Sequence record: KX397373.1
DNA length: 64,000 nucleotides
Direction: 5' to 3' (one strand)
Each line of letters starts with the position of its first letter. Within the stretch, counting starts at the first letter, position 1. Below are positions 56,583-64,000 of the stretch, one piece after another. The translations under genes and the position numbers were made by a program. A model generated the notes under the pieces. That model had not been told where the DNA came from. It worked only from the letters and a program-made list of their open reading frames with translations, and did not search any database.

Positions 56583-57836
56583 ATGGCAAATTTTGCGCAA
56601 AAACAAGCTGCCCGTGAATCGATCGAAGGTGCAGGCACCATCGTTCCGGACGGTATCGAACTGCCAGCGGAGTCCGTAGAAGGTACTCTGGCTGACATCG
56701 AGCACGACACCAAACCTATCGACCAGATGGATGCGGAAGCAGACGTCCTGTCCGAAGATGGTGACGAAACTGATGCACAGCTGGATGCAGTTGATTCTGC
56801 CCAGGCTGCTGCTGATGGCGAAGGTGACGACGCTGACATGGAAGCGGAAGAAGATATGCCTGACGATGCAGCCGATGCGCTGGATGTTGCTCAGGAATCT
56901 ATCCGTAAGCGTTGGGGCTTCGAACACCGCACCAGCGTTGCTCGCGAAAGCTACGGTTCTCGTAACCGCCGTAAGGTCGCTCGTGAATCCCTGTGGGATG
57001 ACATCAAAGCGTTCCTGAAGCGTATCTGGGAATGGCTGAAAGAGCAGGGCCGTAAAGTGAAAGACCGCTGGCTGAAATTCAGCAACCAGGGTAAATCTAT
57101 CCAGGCGCGCGCGAAAAAGTACGACGGTGCGATCCGTAACCTCGGCAAGCAGAAGAAAGACACCATTTCTGGTGGCTTCATCAAGCAGCTGACCAAAGGC
57201 GGCAAGTTCGTTGGTAACGACGTACCTGCGCTGAAAGCGGTATCCGATGAAATCGGTTCTATCTACGCTGCGCAGGAAACCACCGTGTCTAAACTGACCA
57301 CCCTGGTCGGTAACGTTGAAGGCGGTAAGCTGAAGTCTACCTTCGCCGAAGCCGTTAACGGTAGCGTACTGAAGAAGAACGGCAACGTTGACCTGCTGGG
57401 CAACCAGGTAGGTAAAGCAGAAATCACTGGCGAAGGCGACGAAGTTAATGCGTCCTTCACTGTGGTCGAAGCGGAAGGCAGCGTGGAAAGCTCGGTTTCT
57501 ACTCCGAACGCATCTACCCTGTCCTCTCTGGTAGCCTTCTTCAACCAGCTCGGTAAGAAAGTGGAAGAAAACGTGAAAGCGTACCACCGCAACAACCAGG
57601 CTGTTGAGAAATACGAACGTGCTATCGAAGGTCTGCTGAAGCGTATTGACAACGTGAAAATCGATGACAATCCTGAGCTGACCAGCAATGTCCGTGTTGC
57701 CCGCCGTGCTATCACTGTCGGTAACCAGATCATCTCCTACACTGAGCGCTGCATCGCGACTGGTCAGAAAAACCTGATCAGCGGCGTAAACGGCTACATC
57801 AGTGCTGGTATTGCTGCGCACGAAAAGTCTAAGTAA
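56583..57836 (+). CDS. paralogous head ejection protein (SPN3US gp54-like)
   Basis: MANFAQ..ARES start, AQESIR.RWG and C-terminal G.NGYI.AGI.A.EKSK shared with the upstream paralog. Confidence 0.8.
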   Translation: MANFAQKQAARESIEGAGTIVPDGIELPAESVEGTLADIEHDTKPIDQMDAEADVLSEDGDETDAQLDAVDSAQAAADGEGDDADMEAEEDMPDDAADALDVAQESIRKRWGFEHRTSVARESYGSRNRRKVARESLWDDIKAFLKRIWEWLKEQGRKVKDRWLKFSNQGKSIQARAKKYDGAIRNLGKQKKDTISGGFIKQLTKGGKFVGNDVPALKAVSDEIGSIYAAQETTVSKLTTLVGNVEGGKLKSTFAEAVNGSVLKKNGNVDLLGNQVGKAEITGEGDEVNASFTVVEAEGSVESSVSTPNASTLSSLVAFFNQLGKKVEENVKAYHRNNQAVEKYERAIEGLLKRIDNVKIDDNPELTSNVRVARRAITVGNQIISYTERCIATGQKNLISGVNGYISAGIAAHEKSK

Positions 57837-57849
57837 TTAGGCTGGCGAC

Positions 57850-57887
57850 ATCCCCCACTTCGGTGGGGGATTTCCCTTTCTTTTTTT
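57850..57887 (+). terminator. intrinsic terminator
   Basis: TCCCCCAC-TTCG-GTGGGGGA followed by a T tract. Confidence 0.85.
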
Positions 57888-57913
57888 GTCCCGGATTATA
57901 AATTGTTTCAGAT

Positions 57914-57930
57914 ATATATTACCTAGGTGA
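57914..57930 (+). promoter_or_regulatory. promoter-like motif containing TATATTAC
   Basis: ATATATTACC-TAG-GTGA; the core matches the phiKZ early promoter element. Confidence 0.65.
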
Positions 57931-57978
57931 GATTCTATATTGAATCTTTTCCCCCAACCCATTTAAGGAATATTTATC

Positions 57979-58635
57979 ATGAACAATATCTTAACTTTTG
58001 CTGGCGTTACCCCAACTGTTGTTGAGAACGGTCGTCTGTCATTCGCGAAAGGCGAAGACCGTATGTCTATTACTAAACTCGAACTCCACGCGATTAACCT
58101 GTGGCTGGCGAGCATGGATGCCCATAACCTGCCAACCCTGTTGAAGGTCGGTAGCACCATCTTCACCGTGGCGAACACCACCACCATTCCGAGCCAGGAA
58201 TACGTTGCCCTGTTGAAAGCAACGAAGGCCGGTCAGTTCGGTACCGATACTTTACTGCAATGCGGTACACGCTTTATCCACGACGAGGTGGAGATGATTG
58301 GTAATGCCGACAACCCACTGTATCTGCGCCAGGTTGAAGGGGCATGTGAAGCGGTGTTCGGTTATTCGGTTACCGTACCGAACGGGACTGAGAAAGACCT
58401 CGTGGAAAGCGTCGTGAAAGATGCCATCAAATCCACAGCCACGAAACTTGGCAGCGGGTCTATCCCAACCATCACCCGTCAGCTGAGCACCCTGGCGGAA
58501 GAAGTGCATCTGCAAACCCTGCTGCAAAGCTACGAACGTATGACCGTTACCGTCCACGCATCATCCATGCTCGATGACCTGTTAGAAGTCGTCGATAGTC
58601 TGATGTTGCCGGTCACCCTGAAAGAAGCCGCATAA
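57979..58635 (+). CDS. hypothetical protein
   Basis: AAGGA RBS with ATG start. Confidence 0.8.
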   Translation: MNNILTFAGVTPTVVENGRLSFAKGEDRMSITKLELHAINLWLASMDAHNLPTLLKVGSTIFTVANTTTIPSQEYVALLKATKAGQFGTDTLLQCGTRFIHDEVEMIGNADNPLYLRQVEGACEAVFGYSVTVPNGTEKDLVESVVKDAIKSTATKLGSGSIPTITRQLSTLAEEVHLQTLLQSYERMTVTVHASSMLDDLLEVVDSLMLPVTLKEAA

Positions 58636-58647
58636 GCGGCTTTTTTA
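58625..58647 (+). terminator. intrinsic terminator overlapping the stop codon
   Basis: AAGCCGC-ATAA-GCGGCTT followed by Ts. Confidence 0.7.
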
Positions 58648-58698
58648 CACTTCAACGTAACATTATGTTTTCGACCATTACCAGTAAGGAGTATTAAC

Positions 58699-59259
58699 AT
58701 GCGTACCATTAACCTGCAAGACGTAAAAGACATCGACGCTACTTCAACCCCACTGATGAACGAGCTGTCCATTCTCACGATGTCCAACGGCGAAGAAATC
58801 GTCATTCCTCGCCCAGTGATGCTTGGCCTGGCACTGTTTGTGCATGTCGCCTACGGGGCCGCATCCAAGAAATCTATTCTGAATTACGACGGCTACCAGT
58901 TCGTGATTCCTGACCGTCTGGATTACCAACCGTTTATCGACCTCCAGATGTTCTACAAATACCTGATCTCCGCAGGTCTGTCACACATGTCGAAAGTGTA
59001 CATCCGTGACTATTCCCGCATTGAGCACTTCTACCGTCGCAAACAAGAGCGTGTGCCGGTTGAAGTTGATGGCTATCAGACTCGCCTTATCATGAAGCCA
59101 CACTCCTTCGAGTTACTGGAGTGTGAGCTGGACATCGAACAGCATCAGTTACGCAATGACTTGATGCGTGGTTATAACCTGCCCATGGGCGAAGTCAAAG
59201 GGTTGCGTGAACGACCTGGCGATGCAAACTGGTGGGCGAATTCCCGTGCTGCGAAATAA
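58699..59259 (+). CDS. hypothetical protein
   Basis: AAGGAG RBS. Confidence 0.8.
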   Translation: MRTINLQDVKDIDATSTPLMNELSILTMSNGEEIVIPRPVMLGLALFVHVAYGAASKKSILNYDGYQFVIPDRLDYQPFIDLQMFYKYLISAGLSHMSKVYIRDYSRIEHFYRRKQERVPVEVDGYQTRLIMKPHSFELLECELDIEQHQLRNDLMRGYNLPMGEVKGLRERPGDANWWANSRAAK

Positions 59260-59268
59260 GGAGGTCGA

Positions 59269-59619
59269 ATGGAATTCCAATATACAGCAAAAACCACACC
59301 ATCGGCTGTTACCTTTCGTTTCGAAGAACGCGGGGTAAAGCATGAGTACGCAGTGTTAGCAGAGGATGTGCAGGACGCACTCCTCAAGATGACTGACCCG
59401 AATTGGCTAGGTGAGCTAACGCTGCGTTTAAAGACCCCTGTGGCTTGCACAGGGACGTTCTCAGGTGCAACCATGCAGCACATCGTTTTAGAGGTACAGG
59501 GCCGCTCAGCGCGTTTCACGTACTTTACAGACAGCATGGTCACCCGAACGTTTTCCCGTAATCAATTGGTACGCTGTATGCGTGGACTGATTAAAGAACT
59601 GAATAAGGAAGCGAGATGA
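59269..59619 (+). CDS. hypothetical protein
   Basis: AAGGAGG RBS. Confidence 0.75.
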   Translation: MEFQYTAKTTPSAVTFRFEERGVKHEYAVLAEDVQDALLKMTDPNWLGELTLRLKTPVACTGTFSGATMQHIVLEVQGRSARFTYFTDSMVTRTFSRNQLVRCMRGLIKELNKEAR

Positions 59620-60218
59620 AAATCTCTTTGATTGCAGCAGTAGACCGTAACAACGTGATTGGGCGTTCAGCTTCATTTGCTTTGCCGTGGCGTCTACCGG
59701 CGGATTTGAAGAACTTCAAAGAAGTGACGATGGGGAAGACGTGTATCGTGGGGCGCAAGACCTGGGAGTCGTTTGACTCCACGCCACTGCCGGGGCGTAA
59801 GTTCATCATCATTACCCGTCACCCGGATGACCTACAGGTCAAACTGCGTCGTCCGGAACAACCACTGGACTCAGCAATAGGGGCGACCAGTATCGGTGCT
59901 GCCCTGGCGTTGTGCGAAGAAGAGGGGTTGAATGAGGTGTTCATTATCGGGGGTGCTGAGATTTATCATCAGTGCTTGCCGATGGCGCACGCAGTTTACC
60001 TTTCACGGATTGATCTCGTGGTAGAAGACGGGGACGTGTTCTTCCCGGATATCAACCGCGACGATTTCCGTCTGGATGTCAGTCTCACGCATCTGCCGGA
60101 CGGTGAATCCCATACCCATCGCTGGACGTATCAAATCTGGAACCGCATTGAAGAACCTAAACCGGTTCGTCGTTACCCTGGCCACGTTGTCAAAAATCTT
60201 TCTCTGGAATTACGCTAA
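59616..60218 (+). CDS. folA: dihydrofolate reductase
   Basis: ISLIAAV.RNNVIG, LPWRLPADL..F, MG....VGRKTWES, LPGR and IIGGAEIY. Confidence 0.93.
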   Translation: MKISLIAAVDRNNVIGRSASFALPWRLPADLKNFKEVTMGKTCIVGRKTWESFDSTPLPGRKFIIITRHPDDLQVKLRRPEQPLDSAIGATSIGAALALCEEEGLNEVFIIGGAEIYHQCLPMAHAVYLSRIDLVVEDGDVFFPDINRDDFRLDVSLTHLPDGESHTHRWTYQIWNRIEEPKPVRRYPGHVVKNLSLELR

Positions 60219-60556
60219 TGAACCCGAACAACTCCTATCCCGTTAAACGTATCACCCTGACTGAAGAAGGTGCAGCAACTGCCCGTACACTGACCAGCTG
60301 CCCCATGAAACTGACAGACGCGCTTATCGGCCAGGATGGTATCTTCCTGATTTTCGGTGAGCGTGACCGTGTCTTCCACCGCGTTGACCAACCTGAAGAG
60401 TTTCTGCAACTCGCCGCGACGTTGGGCGACCAGGAACAGACCTCTGATGTGGCTATCAACGTAACCCCGAGTGATTTGTTCATTGTACGTGACAAACACA
60501 GCGCTTGTGGTTTACGTGCAGTGCGCTGGAAACGCGAGTGGTTAGCTCGCGCCTAA
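60218..60556 (+). CDS. hypothetical protein
   Basis: TAATG coupling to DHFR. Confidence 0.75.
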   Translation: MNPNNSYPVKRITLTEEGAATARTLTSCPMKLTDALIGQDGIFLIFGERDRVFHRVDQPEEFLQLAATLGDQEQTSDVAINVTPSDLFIVRDKHSACGLRAVRWKREWLARA

Positions 60557-60593
60557 TTAACCAATTCGACCATTACCCTTAAGGAATACCACA

Positions 60594-61658
60594 ATGAGAG
60601 CACCGCAAGCAGACGCAACCTGGATGAAGTTTGGCGACGATATTGAGCAAGCTATCGGCGCAATGCCAAAACCTAAGACCCCGGAAGAATTAAGAATTGA
60701 GCAGTTTGCTCAATTCAAAATCGAAACCCATCGTAAACAGTTAGGCGCGTACGGTCTGGTTAATTCGTTTAACCGCCTCCTTCGCCTGACCGTTTCAGTT
60801 GAAGCCCGCCGCAAGATGACGATGCCTGATCTTGACGAAGTGCTCCGTAAACACCCGCGTCTTTTTAAAGAGACAACGACGGTAACGGAGTTCTTTGAAA
60901 TGGGCTTACCTAAGTTAAGACTTAAACCGGAAGAGGTTATGATATTCAACCAGGCGTCGGGTTGTTGGATATCTTACCTTGACGTTATCGAGCGTACGGA
61001 TGTCTCTCAGTTAACGCTGGGTGAGCTGAAAGTAATGAAGCGCGATGTTGGCTATACGGTTGATCTCAAAGCAATCATCGCTGCGCTCGAGAATGAAATC
61101 TTTGAAGTTGAAAAGCTACGGGTTAAGATTACGGTGAAGGGTAACTTCGGCAAACGTTCCTACAAAGCCATGTGGCCAACGCCGGTGTCGGCCACTACGC
61201 TGGCGGTGAACTGGATACAGAAGCGACTGGCATCTATGCAGGTGTATCCGGAGGAGGTGCAGTTTACACTTCCGGATGGACGCAAAGCTGACGGTATCCA
61301 TTTGGTGTCAACCAAATCTAAACTACGCATCACTGACCTCCGTTTCAAAGACGAGGACTTATTACCCGTGGGTACCCGACCAACAACAGTCGGCGCACTG
61401 GAGAACAAAATTCTCCAGCAAGAAGGGGTGATGGTTGTTCTGCGTCTTCCTGCAAACAACACACTACCGTACTTCTTCATCAAACGGTCTGCTGACAATC
61501 TTCCCGTTCAGGAATACGTCCGTAGAGTGTTGAGTCGATATGAACTCAACCCGGAAGATGTGGTGTTCATTCACGGTGATACAATGCGTCCGTTTAATCC
61601 GGATGAGTTTTACACCATGGGACAGTTACGCGAAACCTATAAGGGTAAAGCGAAATAA
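60594..61658 (+). CDS. hypothetical protein (354 aa)
   Basis: AAGGA RBS; terminator downstream. Confidence 0.8.
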   Translation: MRAPQADATWMKFGDDIEQAIGAMPKPKTPEELRIEQFAQFKIETHRKQLGAYGLVNSFNRLLRLTVSVEARRKMTMPDLDEVLRKHPRLFKETTTVTEFFEMGLPKLRLKPEEVMIFNQASGCWISYLDVIERTDVSQLTLGELKVMKRDVGYTVDLKAIIAALENEIFEVEKLRVKITVKGNFGKRSYKAMWPTPVSATTLAVNWIQKRLASMQVYPEEVQFTLPDGRKADGIHLVSTKSKLRITDLRFKDEDLLPVGTRPTTVGALENKILQQEGVMVVLRLPANNTLPYFFIKRSADNLPVQEYVRRVLSRYELNPEDVVFIHGDTMRPFNPDEFYTMGQLRETYKGKAK

Positions 61659-61661
61659 CAT

Positions 61662-61694
61662 CAGGGGGCTTCGGCTCCCTGTTTTTTTTTTTGC
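61662..61694 (+). terminator. intrinsic terminator
   Basis: AGGGGC-TTCG-GCTCCCT followed by a long T run. Confidence 0.85.
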
Positions 61695-61733
61695 ATTTTC
61701 AGCCAGTGATATGACTACAACGAGGGAAAGCCC

Positions 61734-63245
61734 ATGCAACAGTATTTTGAACTCCCATCGTTGGACGCAACTATTCGCAAACCGATTGTTGACGGTGTCG
61801 TGCAACGTGTCCTGAACGAATCCGGTATTGAACAAGCCTCCGTCATCTTTGAAGACGAGATTAACAATACTGCGTACCAGCCTGGCTCAACCCTTGGGGA
61901 TGAAGTTCCGGTTGATTACGCTTCGCCTGAACGCGTGTACGTAGAAGTCGAAGAAGAACGTGATGAGTACGCTCGCATTAACCGTCAAGTCGGAATGCAA
62001 GCTGAACCGTACTTCTTTGAGAACGCCAAAGACCAGGTACGCGCATGGCCCGTCCGCACGATGTACAACATTACAATTACGCTGCGCCGTACCAGCGCGT
62101 CGCGTGATGAATTGCTGCGCTGGACAAACCGTCTGGACTCTTTAATCGATATGGGTCGCTTCTCGGTGATGACCGAAGCCGAGGCGTTCTATTATATTCC
62201 GCGTCCTGCCCTGCACTTACTGAACGCGTGTTATGTGGCTGCCGGTACCCGTGTGCCCGAGTTTGCTGATTTCAAAGCGTACCTGAAAGCCCACTTCACC
62301 CCTGATGTCTTTGTGGCAGGGAACGTGGCCGGGGGACAGGAAGCGTTATCGGTACGTTATTCACCGACCCGTCTGGAAACCGTGTACGATGTGCAGGTGC
62401 CCGCCTGGGACAAAGACGAGAACCGTTGGGAAGCGACATTCGTTGTGCGCTTCTCGTATCAGCGCCCGGAAGAGATTGTGGTGTCGTATCCGTACATCAT
62501 CAATCAAACCCCGTTAGCAGAAGAATACTGGCCAGAGATAGACCCGCCGTGGGTGTCGAACGAGGAAGACGTGCAGCGCCATGCGCAGCAGAAGAACCTC
62601 GACGGTACCTGGTGGATTAATGAATCCCGCCAGTTGATTCGTCTGCCGTATCTGCTCTCACCGACCGAGCAGTTTGAACGCACGCACTCCCCGCTAAAGA
62701 ACAAGCTGCTGCACATCTTTGGCACGGACGTGGTGTTCGATGAGGACAACATGACCAGCCCGAAAGTGCTGAGCGTCGATGACTTGCCGTACGTCTGGAA
62801 CAAAGACCTGCTGCCGTACATCGAACACTGTCGGGCCATTGACCCGACCGGGCAACGGGGGGTGTTCCGTACCGAGTTGTTTGAGGAGGGACAGATCATT
62901 GAACCGCGTTTCTATAACTGGGACAACGGTACCTTTGCCCTGAAAGGTCGTGATGTGTTGGTCAACAAAGGCTACTACCTGACCGAGTCGGTGATTTACG
63001 ACTGGCGGAACCTTGACCTTTGGCCACTCCAGTTATACCCGAAAGCCGCGAAGGTGTTAATTGAATGGTTATTCCCCGAGTGGGACGTACCAGCCTGGTG
63101 GTGGGATTTGCCGAAGTTCCCACCGAGTGTGGAGGACGACATCAAGAACCTCACCAAAACGCCAGACAAACGGATTCTGTTAACCATCTTTAACACCACT
63201 ATCTTTACCATGCGAGGTACTGAGAATGTTGAAAGCGTCGCGTGA
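61734..63245 (+). CDS. conserved probable virion structural protein
   Basis: 503 aa; GAGG RBS; TATG 21 nt upstream; virion role from synteny. Confidence 0.7.
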   Translation: MQQYFELPSLDATIRKPIVDGVVQRVLNESGIEQASVIFEDEINNTAYQPGSTLGDEVPVDYASPERVYVEVEEERDEYARINRQVGMQAEPYFFENAKDQVRAWPVRTMYNITITLRRTSASRDELLRWTNRLDSLIDMGRFSVMTEAEAFYYIPRPALHLLNACYVAAGTRVPEFADFKAYLKAHFTPDVFVAGNVAGGQEALSVRYSPTRLETVYDVQVPAWDKDENRWEATFVVRFSYQRPEEIVVSYPYIINQTPLAEEYWPEIDPPWVSNEEDVQRHAQQKNLDGTWWINESRQLIRLPYLLSPTEQFERTHSPLKNKLLHIFGTDVVFDEDNMTSPKVLSVDDLPYVWNKDLLPYIEHCRAIDPTGQRGVFRTELFEEGQIIEPRFYNWDNGTFALKGRDVLVNKGYYLTESVIYDWRNLDLWPLQLYPKAAKVLIEWLFPEWDVPAWWWDLPKFPPSVEDDIKNLTKTPDKRILLTIFNTTIFTMRGTENVESVA

Positions 63246-64000
63246 CCAAACCACGTTCGTTCCCGTGGAACCGGAAACCCCTATCCTGAATAAACCACAG
63301 GACGGGGTAAAGGAAACCACGAACATCGTGACCCAGCCACTGCGCACTACGGTGACGGACTTTGACCGTATCCCGAAACAGTACCTGATGAAGTACGTGG
63401 AAGGGTCAGCCTGGCCAGTGGATTTCTTCAACTTCCTGAAAGGGAAGAATGATGCGAAGAAATTCTTTGACACGCAGGTCATTACGCCTGACCAGCAGTT
63501 AGAGAAAATCATCGGGATGGAATTGCGGGTAACGTCTGCCCTCGACCGTTCGCAAGACGGGCAGAACAAAACCTTCTCCCTGACCGGCTCGGCTACGGTG
63601 GCCAATACCATTGCGCCGAACGAAGGTTGCTTCTTCGTGGCTCCGATTGGCGATGACCGCTATGCGTTGTTTAACATCACTTCGGTTACCCGGATGTCGA
63701 ACAACAAAGTGGCGACGTACAATATCGAGTACGGGATGCTGTTTGAAGTGTCTCCGGCAATTGCGGAAACCCTGCGCCAGTGTACCGTGCGGGAATGGTA
63801 CTACGTGGCTGAGCGGGCGTGGACAGGTGGTGATACGTTACTGTCCCCGAACGAGTACCGCAGCTTCCTGAAACTGGGCGATGCTGTACTCGACATTGAA
63901 ACCACCTACGTGAAGCGTTTCTGGAACTCGGAAACACAGACACTGTTGTTCCCCCGCGACTGGCGTGTGTACGGGTTGAAGGGAGCGTCGTACTACGACG
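63226..64000 (+). CDS. probable virion protein, truncated by the window end
   Basis: ATG at 63226 (MLKASRDQTTFVPVEPETP...) with GAGG upstream; open to the end of the window, so absent from the ORF track. Confidence 0.75.
   Translation, partial: MLKASRDQTTFVPVEPETPILNKPQDGVKETTNIVTQPLRTTVTDFDRIPKQYLMKYVEGSAWPVDFFNFLKGKNDAKKFFDTQVITPDQQLEKIIGMELRVTSALDRSQDGQNKTFSLTGSATVANTIAPNEGCFFVAPIGDDRYALFNITSVTRMSNNKVATYNIEYGMLFEVSPAIAETLRQCTVREWYYVAERAWTGGDTLLSPNEYRSFLKLGDAVLDIETTYVKRFWNSETQTLLFPRDWRVYGLKGASYYD

Noticed and set aside
56574-57821. 415-aa ORF antisense to the ejection protein, and similar shadows at 12747, 32371 and 55564
   Set aside because: Same codon-bias shadow effect; no RBS or motifs.
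1-64000. CRISPR array, transposase, integrase or stop-codon reassignment
   Set aside because: No spaced direct repeats or mobile-element motifs; genes are full length in the standard code and no suppressor tRNA is present.

Overview
A 64-kb segment of a nucleus-forming jumbo myophage (Chimalliviridae, phiKZ-like). Gene order and content suggest the Enterobacterales-infecting SPN3US/phiEaH2/Asesino group; this placement is inference. From left to right the window holds five blocks. (1) An accessory island (1-7 kb) with an HslV-like peptidase, a TAXI-family solute-binding protein, 11 canonical tRNAs, four atypical tRNA or tRNA-like elements and two large ORF-poor structured RNA candidates. (2) An operon of hypothetical genes leading to the polymerase half of a split family-B DNA polymerase. 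(3) The conserved nucleus/transcription block: chimallin, nvRNAP beta-prime-N, SbcD-like nuclease, ChmC, gp68-like specificity subunit, PicA, nvRNAP beta-C and beta-prime-C, and an SF2 helicase. (4) A probable tail/baseplate chaperone with a -1 slippery site, a virion RNAP subunit, the exonuclease half of the DNA polymerase, and head, baseplate and ejection proteins. (5) A small accessory block with DHFR, then more virion genes. The most novel signals are the 2.2-kb RNA-only island, two candidate programmed -1 frameshifts, and Gly-Leu repeat tails on PicA and its neighbour. All homolog names come from motifs and remembered phiKZ synteny, not from database searches.
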